The position numbers and the translations under genes were made by a program. DNA of 61,999 nt, the filler included, from Dimargaris cristalligena (Eukaryota): the NCBI GenBank assembly GCA_003614675.1. It is 4 parts of 4 records of this genome, joined end to end, with 100 filler letters (N's around TTAATTAATTAA, not from the genome) between each part and the next. Parts side by side here need not be neighbours in the genome. Positions count along the whole stretch, not along the records: positions 46,611 to 61,999 come from ML002892.1; 3 more parts are not named here. One strand, 5' to 3'. This document shows positions 52,170 to 61,999 of the stretch, piece by piece. Each line of letters starts with the position of its first letter. The first letter of the stretch is position 1. The notes under the pieces are model-generated. The model did not search any database. It saw only the letters and a list, made by a program, of their open reading frames with translations, and was not told the DNA's origin.

Positions 52170-53489
52170 AGAATGGTATGGGGTCGAAAGGCCTCCCTGC
52201 TCGCCCCACTCTGGGAGGGAAGTGCTGTGAATTTAACGTCGCCCGTTAAACATTTGCCTTTTAGTGGATGGCACAAGTGGCCCACCGCACCAGTAACCAA
52301 GGCTGTCATAATTAGTACAATGCTCAAAACTATTACTAAACTTGAAACCCCGACCACTCTCAAGTATTTGAATTTGGCTCCCAGATACAAATATACATTT
52401 ATAGAACATCACTAGCGAACAGTTTGGTTGGATTGACCAGATTTTGTGTGGTACAGTTAACAAGTAGTATGGTGGGAGAGTAAGCTTACCTGCCATAGCA
52501 ATACTGGGAGGTGACCATCAACTTCCCGAACTAAAGAGAATTAATCGCTGGGCTTGAATGGAGTAGTTATACCAGTTCTGTAACTGATTATATATTATAT
52601 ATTTACCTATCCAAGATCATAAAGTGGTGAGACTTAAATGGGATTTCCTAGCCATAGCCGACAAGTGGCCATGGAGAAATCATTATGTGCGGCTGTGTTT
52701 ATGTCCTACTGCTTACCCCAGGATCAATTATTGCCCCATAACTATTAACCCTGGCTATTGGACCACTGCTAAATACACTTCTCTCCAAGATCAATGAGTA
52801 AAAACTGTCCTATGTATTATGTTTATTATATTCAGCAAATTGACATGAACAACTACCAATATGGATAAAGCGGAAATTCTCGATTAAAACGAAACACTAA
52901 GGGTAAGCAGATGAACATGAGTATGGCGCAGCGAGAAAGAGTATGGAATAGTAGCAGAGAAAATAGGAAGGCGGAGAGATAAGAGGAATTACCAAATAAT
53001 AATAATAATAATAATAATAAACAAGTACGGTATATTAAGAGAGAAATAAGCATAATATAGTAATAAAAATTAGTAAGATCACTGCAAACAGCATAAATTA
53101 AAGAGGCCAATCAACCCGATACAGAAATCGTAAAGTTGGAACTGAAATGAGAGTTGATGAGGCTTTAACGAAAATGAAAACAACGGATATCCTTGGTCGC
53201 TGTACTATTACTTCCCGCGTCACCACTAAGCATTATGCTTTTAGTACATTACGAAGAAAACCCCGACAACACACCCAGTGAAGATACAAAGCATTAAATA
53301 CCCATAAAAAGATGATACCGAAACTTAGGAGAAGTACCAACCAAACGCTAAATAAACGGTTGCGGGTATGGAGTAGTATTAGAGTGAAGTCGGAAATTAT
53401 GTATATAAAAATGTGTAAGTAGAAGTGTAATGTGGGGAAAGCCATGGGGAAGTGATGATGTAAAGAAATATCACTAATCATATGTGTAT

Positions 53490-56400
53490 CTATTTCTTAT
53501 ACCCAAAGAGTGCCCGCCCACTACCAGGTTGCCCCTCATGCCCGGACGGTTGGCCGGCTGAATTCAGAGTGGGAGTACTTTGTTTGGGACGGAAAGTCGC
53601 CTTGGCCTTTTCGATCCAGGGGGACAATAACCGTTTAGAGGGCGAATTAAAGCCAGACGCGGAGGGCGACAAAGGGGGCTGCTGATGAAAGGCGGCTTCC
53701 GAAGTGCTGGTAAGGCCACGGCGTCGACTTGCCAGTCCAAGACCAAGGCCAAGGCCATGTCCCTGACCATGACCACCACCCGGCTCACTCGAGGTATCAG
53801 CCATGGCATCGCTACCCTCCCCTTCGATATGGGACGGGATAGGTCGTCGGGGTGGATCCGCGTGTTTCTTACTCCGCAGGGAATCCAAGTTCAAGCTGGA
53901 TTGACGCCGAATACGATGCGAGGATGAGGTGACATCCCCTCTTTCAATATCTTGACTCGATAGGGGAACGTGGGACAATGGGCGGGTATTGTTGGTGGAC
54001 GCCAATGGACCACCAGCGCCAGTGGCGAGATTCTGAGCAACTTGCAGGGACAGGTGTCGAGCCGAGGCTGGCGGAACTAGGGAACTTTTTCCTGGCGCGG
54101 TTGAAAGGGCCGACTGGACTCCTCCCCCGTAATGATCGGCTGCTGAGCCGCCCCACTCGCTACTACTCTCAGAAAAACCCCGATTGCGGCGTCGTGGCTG
54201 TTGTTGTTGCTGTTGCTGATGGGAATGATCCGGGAAGGGGGGTGACCCCAACATACTTGAGCTGCCAGCACCCCGCGTTCCCCCGCCTTGCATAGAAGAG
54301 GTGGCTGAAGAACTCACAACCATGGGCTCTTTAGTCAAGTCGGAAAACACGACATGGATGCCACCCGTCTGGGAGGGCAGGATGGGGCCACGGTAGGTAG
54401 TGCCCACGACTTGGTGTTCCGCCTCATTGACGTCGAGTACCTCGGCCTCGTATTCGTCATACTGCAGTTGTTTCTTTCCGAAGAGCGTTTTCTTGAGGAA
54501 GCTGGATTTCATGAGGCGCTGCTGTTGGGATGTATGGGCCGGCCGAGGCTCGCCAGTAGGAGGGTGTTGTGGCTGGTTCTGTTGGGCTTGGGTCTGGGGC
54601 TGCTGAAGGTGCAGGGAGTGTAGACCACTCAACAAAGCGGTGGGCATCGAGGGAGACCGAAGGGACTTGGCTTCCGGTGTGAGATGCTGGAACACCCGGA
54701 GAATCTTATTCCCAGACGGCGTGTCGGGAGCGACGCTTCCGTTACCGCCGGTACTCGACGCAGCTCCACCCATGATAGATGCCGAGGATGACGGATGAGC
54801 CAATTTCAAAATACGCATCTGTTGAAGAAGGTAATGGTTCTTGGTTTTCAGGTCATGGACCATAGCTTCGTATTCTTCGCGGGCCTGAATATTTGCATTG
54901 ATTTCCTGGTCTCGATCGGCCACCCGGTACTGCAATTTCTGGATCTGCTGCAGTAGACTTACGTCATACGCGTCGGGCGATTTAGAACCAGGTTGGGGTG
55001 GTGATAGGGGGGCGGATTCGGAATGGGCAAACGATTTGCGGGCCTCCTTCTCATAGTTAAGTTGACCGCGCAACTCGGCCACGGTAATTTCGAGGTCGGA
55101 TTTTTCCCGTAGCCACCGCTCCCGTTCAGCCCCTGTGGTCAGCTTCTCGCGCTCCCAACCCAGCCGGTCGGATTCATGGTCCTTGGTTAGCCGGTCCAAC
55201 TCAGTCTGTAGCGTCTTGACTTGATTGTGCCAGGTGACGCTGTGGTCAGACACACGACGATCACACTCGGTACGGATGCCCTTGGCGCGCCGGAGTTCAT
55301 TCTCCAAGGTGAGGTTCTGACTCTTGACGAGAAGGTGCAGGGTCTTTTCTTCCTGCCAACTGGCATGCTTGCGATCCAGGTCGTCATTGAGTTTGTCGAT
55401 CTTGGCTAAATCCTGGGCTTCCTGGATTTTGAGGTGGTTAATTTGGGACCGCAGCTGGACCATGGTTTGTTCTTGTTCGGCCAGAATGGCATCATGGTTG
55501 CAGGGAGCAACGACCGGAGCCGGAGAGGGGCCCGACACGTCGTTAGCTTCGTCCAGTAGCGACTGTTCTTTAGAAAGTGCAAGAACGCCCTCCTGTACCC
55601 GCGGGGTTTGGTTGGCCTCCATGTCCATATCAATGTCTTCAATCATGGCGGTAGATTTTTCTACCAGTACCGATTCGGTGCCAACTGTCACCGCTGCCGC
55701 CGCCGCTTCTGAGTGGGACCGAGTCAGAATGTCAATCTTACTCTTACACTTCTCTTCGTTGAGCATGACTTCGTCCTGTAGTCGCTGGTTGTACCGTTCC
55801 TCCATTTCCAAGATTTTCCGATTATACTCCTGTGAGAGTTCCTGGCGTACATCGAATTCAATCTGGGCGCACCGGTACTGGGCTTCGGTGTACTGCTCCT
55901 TAAGTTCATTTAGGGCCTCGCGGAGTTCCAAGGTGTAATTCTGTTGCTCGTCCCATTCGGCTTGGGTCAAGACCACCGAGTCGGGGGGAATTACGGGCTG
56001 AGGCGGTGACGGTGGACTTTTGATGGCCCCGCTGAGCTTAGCCACGTCGAAGGTGAAGGTGAATCCGGGGTTGCTGGGATCGACGGGGGTGACGGTAACT
56101 GTGGGTACAGGGTCTTCATCCATAGCGGCATCGCCGTCGTTATCATCGTCCTCCAACATGTGGGGCTCGTCGCAGTCACTTAAACCGCCATCAGGTAGGA
56201 GTGGCGGCTCAGGAGTGTTTAGCAGTGATAGGCGGGCTTCCGAACCGGGCCCCGCAGGCGTGGAACACCGGGTATTGGACGAGGGGCCCAGAGACGGCGA
56301 GGTGAGGATAGAGTTTAGCTCGCTGGGATCGGGCACGGCGTGGGCTGTACCCCGCTTCCGCTTAGGTGGCCTGTCCTGGTCGGGGGGGTCTTCATACAAT

Positions 56401-58385
56401 CCAAACACGGGCGGTTTACTATGAAGTACTGCGCGGTATAAGGGGGTAGATGCTATAGGTGTATTAACGGTGGTCACATCCTTGGCTACGGCGGCGAACT
56501 TAAGCACTCGGCGGGTTTCCTCGTAACTGTCGTCGTATGGATTTACGTTGACTAGCATGACGGTCTTGGCACCGCCCATGAAGGAGCTCTGGAAGAGTTT
56601 GGTGAGCTGACTTTCGCGGAAAGGCACCATCTGGGGACGCATCTTGTCACTCTTAAATTGGTTAAATCGCAGAGTTTCAAGGCAGTTCCCCAGAACCATA
56701 AGGGATTTGTTGATCATGCCAGCTTCATGGAGTCGGTCACCGGTATTTTGGGTCTTGGCGGCCCGTTCAGAACCGGCCAAATCCACAATGGACATCTTCT
56801 GGACCTGGACCATGTGGGGCTCAATGCATGTATCAGCGCCGACGCTCATTTGGCGGCGAATACGGAGTAATTTGACCGTAAAGATGCTGTGGGATCGACT
56901 GGATTCTTGGTTTAGCAAGGTGGAGTTGGCGGTACGGTGTTTCTGGCCGTGAGCCAGCACAGCCAGGGCATCTTCTAGGGTCCGGATCCGAATCTCAGTG
57001 ATCCCCTCTAGATAATGGCCGTCATCCACATCGGTACGGATCTTCATATTAAGCCGCTTGGAGGGCGAGGATGAGAGCTCAGGTACGGTACTGCTGGAAT
57101 TTCCGCCACCACCGTGGTCTAGGGGGGAGTTACCCTTGCGACGGGGGATTCGCCGGGGCGCGGTACCGCCATAGTTGGGGTCAGGCGAATTGACCCGGGA
57201 GCCCGGCTGGGAATTGACCGCCGGAGGCATGGAGCCGGTGACTAGCGTCTTGAGATCCAGCAGGTCATAAATAAACTCGTTGTAGATTTCGGCGTATGAA
57301 ACCCAAATAGCGTATTCAAACTCGTGGGTATCGAGATTGAGGATGTGTTCATCGTGGGCTATGAGGTCATTGAGGGTTTGGCGAATGGCGGACTGTTCCC
57401 GGTGGGTCCGGAACTGGGGCTGGAAGAGGATGTCTTCGGTACAATACGCGGCGTCACTGGCCCGGGCGGGTCGAATTCTGACCTCGCTCTGGGCGTCTTT
57501 AATGTGGTGCAGTATGATGTTGAGGGCACGGGGAATGATTCCGGGTTGATCGCGGGTACCCTGGATGGTGTACGTTTTACCGGAGTTGGTGACACCGTAG
57601 GCAAAGATCAGGGTGTTGTAACCGTCGAAAAACTCTTGGATCACTGGGAGAGTGGTGGACTGAAACAGCGACTGCTGGGTAATCTGGTTACCAAAGACCC
57701 GGGTGAAGAGGTACTGACTGGAGGCGTAGACACGCGACTGCTTTTTACAGTCACTCAATTTGATTTCCTTGTCATTTAGAAGGGTGATGAAAGGGTCCAC
57801 TGGGTCCTCCTCGGGCTTTAGAGGCCGAATGCGCAGGTAAGTTTTGATAGGGTCCTTGTCGGCGTCGTAATTATGGATGGTACGAGTGAGCTTTGCGGTG
57901 TAGGGAGTGATGGGCAAACGCGTAAGATGGGGATCGATACGAACCCGCTGGGAGTTGGGAGTACGGGGGGCACTACCACTGCCACCACCGGCGATGGTTT
58001 GGGAGATGGACGGCGGAATTGGGGGCATTTTATGGCTATTGGGAAGTAGCAGGGTGGTCTTGGTTCGATTTGACTTCCGACGCATCGATCCTGATTTGGT
58101 GGTGGTGGTCGTGGTTGTAGTGGTGGCTGGGCGTGTCCGGGCCCGGGAACTGTCGGCACCCGAGGGGTCCTTGGTGCGGGCGGTTTCTGGGCTGGAACTA
58201 CCCGTCGCACTAAGCCGAGAGGTAGTGCGGGTGCGTGGAGCCGGGGGCACGAACACCTGACGGGCTTGGTACCCAACGGGGGCTACCGTGGAAGTGACGG
58301 TGGAGTTGGGGGTTTTGTTGCGTTTGCGACTGGGGACCACCAGGGGCGATTGGGGCCTACTGGTCGACGGGGTGGAGTCGGCCAT
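53490..58385 (-). CDS. Kinesin-6 family motor (KIF20/KIF23-like), 1631 aa
   Basis: FAYGVTNSGKTYT P-loop, long loop-6 insert, VSYAEIYNE, NQESSRSHSIF, VDLAGSER, PFRESQLT; long coiled coil; intronless. Confidence 0.93.
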   Translation of the reverse strand: MADSTPSTSRPQSPLVVPSRKRNKTPNSTVTSTVAPVGYQARQVFVPPAPRTRTTSRLSATGSSSPETARTKDPSGADSSRARTRPATTTTTTTTTKSGSMRRKSNRTKTTLLLPNSHKMPPIPPSISQTIAGGGSGSAPRTPNSQRVRIDPHLTRLPITPYTAKLTRTIHNYDADKDPIKTYLRIRPLKPEEDPVDPFITLLNDKEIKLSDCKKQSRVYASSQYLFTRVFGNQITQQSLFQSTTLPVIQEFFDGYNTLIFAYGVTNSGKTYTIQGTRDQPGIIPRALNIILHHIKDAQSEVRIRPARASDAAYCTEDILFQPQFRTHREQSAIRQTLNDLIAHDEHILNLDTHEFEYAIWVSYAEIYNEFIYDLLDLKTLVTGSMPPAVNSQPGSRVNSPDPNYGGTAPRRIPRRKGNSPLDHGGGGNSSSTVPELSSSPSKRLNMKIRTDVDDGHYLEGITEIRIRTLEDALAVLAHGQKHRTANSTLLNQESSRSHSIFTVKLLRIRRQMSVGADTCIEPHMVQVQKMSIVDLAGSERAAKTQNTGDRLHEAGMINKSLMVLGNCLETLRFNQFKSDKMRPQMVPFRESQLTKLFQSSFMGGAKTVMLVNVNPYDDSYEETRRVLKFAAVAKDVTTVNTPIASTPLYRAVLHSKPPVFGLYEDPPDQDRPPKRKRGTAHAVPDPSELNSILTSPSLGPSSNTRCSTPAGPGSEARLSLLNTPEPPLLPDGGLSDCDEPHMLEDDDNDGDAAMDEDPVPTVTVTPVDPSNPGFTFTFDVAKLSGAIKSPPSPPQPVIPPDSVVLTQAEWDEQQNYTLELREALNELKEQYTEAQYRCAQIEFDVRQELSQEYNRKILEMEERYNQRLQDEVMLNEEKCKSKIDILTRSHSEAAAAAVTVGTESVLVEKSTAMIEDIDMDMEANQTPRVQEGVLALSKEQSLLDEANDVSGPSPAPVVAPCNHDAILAEQEQTMVQLRSQINHLKIQEAQDLAKIDKLNDDLDRKHASWQEEKTLHLLVKSQNLTLENELRRAKGIRTECDRRVSDHSVTWHNQVKTLQTELDRLTKDHESDRLGWEREKLTTGAERERWLREKSDLEITVAELRGQLNYEKEARKSFAHSESAPLSPPQPGSKSPDAYDVSLLQQIQKLQYRVADRDQEINANIQAREEYEAMVHDLKTKNHYLLQQMRILKLAHPSSSASIMGGAASSTGGNGSVAPDTPSGNKILRVFQHLTPEAKSLRSPSMPTALLSGLHSLHLQQPQTQAQQNQPQHPPTGEPRPAHTSQQQRLMKSSFLKKTLFGKKQLQYDEYEAEVLDVNEAEHQVVGTTYRGPILPSQTGGIHVVFSDLTKEPMVVSSSATSSMQGGGTRGAGSSSMLGSPPFPDHSHQQQQQQQPRRRNRGFSESSSEWGGSAADHYGGGVQSALSTAPGKSSLVPPASARHLSLQVAQNLATGAGGPLASTNNTRPLSHVPLSSQDIERGDVTSSSHRIRRQSSLNLDSLRSKKHADPPRRPIPSHIEGEGSDAMADTSSEPGGGHGQGHGLGLGLGLASRRRGLTSTSEAAFHQQPPLSPSASGFNSPSKRLLSPWIEKAKATFRPKQSTPTLNSAGQPSGHEGQPGSGRALFGYKK

Positions 58386-59939
58386 GGCGGTGGATTTTGA
58401 GAGTTAGATGGCAGGGAGGTGGACTTGAATTAAGGGTAAAGAGGATAGAGTAGCAATGTGTGGATAAGGTAGACCAGGGGGCTGGTTTTTAGGGAGTAGG
58501 CAGATAGAATAATAGGTATGTACCAGCAGAAATATGTAAGTGTGCACGGGTTTAAAAAAAAATAAGATAGCGATGATGGCTGGTGGGCCAGAGAAGTAAA
58601 AAAGACGAAAGTGAAGAGAGAATGAGAGGTACGGAGGGGGTGGCAGGTGGTGGCCAGGACTGGGTGGGCTTTATCAGGCGACCTTCAGATGGGGGGGGGG
58701 GGGGGTTCGTTGGGCAGACGGGCCGGAGCACTAGGAGCAGGGAGTACGAAGAGCGACGAGGAACCGGAAGAGGAATTCACAATGAAAGTCTGAACAATAT
58801 TAACAGAAGGAGGAGTACAAGTCGAAGTGAGAAGGTTGAAAGAGTTGGAGACCCGTCGTAAAATACCGAATGTGTAAAACAGAGAAGGTGCCGTTCGACT
58901 GGGAGTTGATATATTTATAACAGCGTACTCGGTCAGCGGGGTTTGAAACTAAGCCAGTTGTATGCGCATATACACGCACACCTATTTCGTCTATTGGCAA
59001 GAGCGGTCGACCGCATAATCGGAGTGTGGTGGGTGTATGGTCGAGTGCGGGAGATGACTGTCCTGGCATTTCAAATCAAAATATGGCCAAGGGATCGGAA
59101 ACGCGGCCGATAATTCACTACGAGAAGAGGAGAGGAGGGGGGCGAGCTCAGTTGGCTATCCTGTGGCAAACCTTATTCGCTGACATGCCGGTGGTCGCGG
59201 CCCCCGATAGCCAATGCGACGGGGTGCTCCTCTGGACCATCCCTGTTGTAACGAACCACTGGTATGAGGAGGGGCTATATTAACGAAGGTCTTTTCTGTT
59301 GAGACTAGGCGGGTTGGTTCCCTGCTTGAAACAGCCGGTACCATTGAGCCGGTGTTTAACTACAATCCCTTGGGGAGTACCTCACCAGGAAGCTCTGCCT
59401 GATGGACAATGTTGTCCTTTCTGCGGGATGCACATCCCTTGGACTGTCCACAACAACCACCCGCTGGACAGACTGGCACGCCCCCCACAAGGGTCAGTCC
59501 TTTCACTCGGTCCGCTGTCACCTTACACATGTAAACAAAAGGGCGACCCGTCTGGAGGCACGTGATGCGTTAAATTCCTTTGGGCGAACATCCCGCGCTT
59601 CTCTTCTTAGGCAGGGGAGGCTGAGGACTGAGTAGGGGAAGCGGGGACACATTGCAAGGGCTGTAGGTTCTGTGGAACCATTCAATGCCATACGTGGTTA
59701 GTAAAGAGAGAGAGAGAGAGACTCCACTTGACCCAAATAGTCGAATAGAAGAGAGGGGTGCACCAAGCTCCCCCAAAGCCAACCCTGAGTTCAACGGAGT
59801 CAGTCTCTCCCAGTTTTCGGTTTGGCCCTTTCCTATTCACCCACCTACCGCCCGATATTCTAGCGTCCGGCTTGCTTTACCCTCTAAGCCACCTACATCC
59901 GTACCTCTGCGCCCTTCCGCAACGCATTGTCTCCATCGC

Positions 59940-61604
59940 ATGGCCACTCAGCTTGGCCAATTGGCCCTCGCCCATCAACTGGTCCGCCAATTCCTCGAGG
60001 ACCAGGGCTATTCCGACACCCTCGCGTCTTTGGACCGAGAAACCCCCTCCCGCTTCCTGCCCCCACCTGAGAAGCCAGCCCCGTTTACTGCCACCGAAAG
60101 TTCCGACGGCCAGGGCCCGCCAACTACAGCGACTGACCTGTTCAACTCCGAAGAAGAGGTTCAGCCCACGGACAAGACTCGCTACCGGCGTGCCCCCGGG
60201 AGCGGAAGTCTCCACATCGGACCCTGGGCCAATATCCCCACCCTGGCCGGGCTTATCGATACCTGGTCCACCCACCAACTGGCCCAGCTCGAAGCCGCGG
60301 GCCAATCCCGGAACCAGGCCATGCTTGATATAGGGACCGGTCCCCACGAGTTCTCCGTCCATGACGTCTACGACCATCTCCACGGCAAATACAGTGTTCT
60401 CTTTGCCCGCCTCCAACAATTGCCTACCGCCCTTAGCGTGGAACCGGATGGCCCGCCGCCGCTCAATACGGGCCCCCAGCAGGTGCTCATAAGCAGCGGG
60501 ACGGATAAGCGGGTGCTCGTCACTGACACGGAGAGTCACGCCCTGCTGCGCTCGTTCCACCACCACACCGCACCGGTGATATGCCTTGATGTGAGCCCAC
60601 GCGACCCGTTCTTAATGGCCACCGGGTCCCTGGATGGTAGCCTAGCCCTCGTGGACTTGCGGTCCGGCCAGGTGCTGCAGAAATTCGAACGAGTAGCCCG
60701 CCGCTTTGTGGTGCAAGTGGCCTTCTCGCCTGACGGGTCTTACTTGGCCTGTGCCACCTACGACCACGAGGTCCATATATGGGAACTCAACCCTTCTTCC
60801 ACCACCAACACTATTTACCACCGCCAGTCTACCCTAAAGTTCACCGGGGCCATTGAAGCCCTCTGTTTTATACGCCGAACCCCCGAAAATTCGGAGGGCA
60901 CCGCCAGTGACCTGTCCGCCCCGCTCTATTTGCTCTGTGGAGTCCGCCACGATCCATACTTGCACTATGTTGATGTGACGAGCGGCCAAGTAACCCGGTT
61001 CAGTCTACTCGGTCGACATGCCTTTCAAGACGATGCCCTCTACTGCCCCTTCACCCCGATGGCCATCTCGGTTTCACCCTGCCAGCGCTACATTTGTGTA
61101 TCAACCGATGATCGGTCGCCGCCACAGCAAACCGCCGGTACCGGTAGTGGCTTAGGGGCCAACCGCCCGCGGGCCATCACCGTCACCCCCGAAGGCGGCC
61201 GGGTTATTCTTTTCCAAGCCTTTACTGACCTCATCGTGCGCCAGTTTTATAATGCGCACTGTGGGTTGGATCCACTCGGCAGCTTTCCGCGACACTGTTG
61301 GGTGGCGTCGGGCCAATATATCCTGGCGAACGGAGAGCCCGAGGCTCCTGTTTCATCCGACCTGGCCGATCTTCTCGAGCAGCTAGGAGTAGTCGAGGGT
61401 GGGGATAATGAGGGCGAAGAGACGTTTGTCTCGCCTAATCCGTTCACCCTTCAGATACTCGAGGTGGCGGGCGGTACGACCGTGGATCAAATTGCGGCGC
61501 ACCGGGGCCTGATCCGGTCCCTTTGGTCCAACCCCCATAACCCGGACTTGGCCCCTTATTTCGTCACGGCCTCGTTTGATGGAACTATCATTGTTTGGGA
61601 GTAA
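59940..61604 (+). CDS. LisH + WD40-repeat protein, ~554 aa
   Basis: Likely start ATG 59940; LVRQFLEDQGYSDTLASLDRE (LisH); WD repeats HTAPVICLDVSP..ATGSLDG, VAFSPDGSYLA..IWE, HRGLIRSL..TASFDGTIIVWE. Confidence 0.85.
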   Translation: MATQLGQLALAHQLVRQFLEDQGYSDTLASLDRETPSRFLPPPEKPAPFTATESSDGQGPPTTATDLFNSEEEVQPTDKTRYRRAPGSGSLHIGPWANIPTLAGLIDTWSTHQLAQLEAAGQSRNQAMLDIGTGPHEFSVHDVYDHLHGKYSVLFARLQQLPTALSVEPDGPPPLNTGPQQVLISSGTDKRVLVTDTESHALLRSFHHHTAPVICLDVSPRDPFLMATGSLDGSLALVDLRSGQVLQKFERVARRFVVQVAFSPDGSYLACATYDHEVHIWELNPSSTTNTIYHRQSTLKFTGAIEALCFIRRTPENSEGTASDLSAPLYLLCGVRHDPYLHYVDVTSGQVTRFSLLGRHAFQDDALYCPFTPMAISVSPCQRYICVSTDDRSPPQQTAGTGSGLGANRPRAITVTPEGGRVILFQAFTDLIVRQFYNAHCGLDPLGSFPRHCWVASGQYILANGEPEAPVSSDLADLLEQLGVVEGGDNEGEETFVSPNPFTLQILEVAGGTTVDQIAAHRGLIRSLWSNPHNPDLAPYFVTASFDGTIIVWE

Positions 61605-61999
61605 ATCCACGAATTCTACTTTTTCATTCCAATATAAACATTTTGTATTAATTAGTGTGAACCTCATTCATCATTTCATTAAGATAATGCAACAGTTAAA
61701 GCCATTCAAGTGGGTGGAGCAGATCCTGCCTTTCTCACTGGCCCAGTCTATCTAAATACCGCCTTGGTTACAACACTGACAGGCGTGTATATCCCCCCCC
61801 CCGATTAACCCACTCACAGTGAGAATGAGGAAGAACTGGTTAGTGAAATTGAGCTAGTCCATTGTACTGTATATTCCTCATTCAAACGGAAAATAATCTA
61901 AGCGATTTCCAACGCGTGCTGAGCTAGTGTTGCAACCGCCAGGCGAGGCGGAACACCCAACTATAGAGCGACTAGGACATCCGGCCAATGAAATCGTCC

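Noticed and set aside
1-61999. CRISPR arrays, rRNA, tRNA or prokaryotic operons
   Set aside because: None seen by eye; the sequence is eukaryotic with spliceosomal introns.

Overview
Eukaryotic, intron-containing fungal-type DNA with GC-rich codons, GT-AG introns and AT-rich intergenic regions. An early-diverging fungus such as a Zoopagomycota/Dimargaris-like lineage is my impression, not something the sequence proves. The window is four contigs joined by artificial 100-nt spacers (N44-TTAATTAATTAA-N44), so adjacency across the spacers is unproven. Genes I could reconstruct by hand: an 8-exon HAD pseudouridine-5'-phosphatase, a 357-aa orphan, a tandem Zn-alcohol dehydrogenase pair (one pseudogene), a membrane-anchored PhoD phosphatase head-to-head with a 6-exon RAI1/DXO, a GH20 beta-hexosaminidase, a probable RPS3 first exon, CCT5, a truncated xanthine dehydrogenase, a kinesin-6, a LisH-WD40 protein and several orphan secreted proteins. 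Most interesting signals: (1) a ~580-bp solo-LTR family whose copies differ mainly by CpG and CpA/TpG transitions (RIP-like); (2) an intronless secreted protein with a bacterial-type 3D/MltA-like domain between two of those LTRs; (3) a structured H/ACA-like RNA candidate in CCT5 intron 1; (4) an MKLP1-like tail motif on the kinesin-6; (5) orphan secreted genes sitting next to LTR relics.
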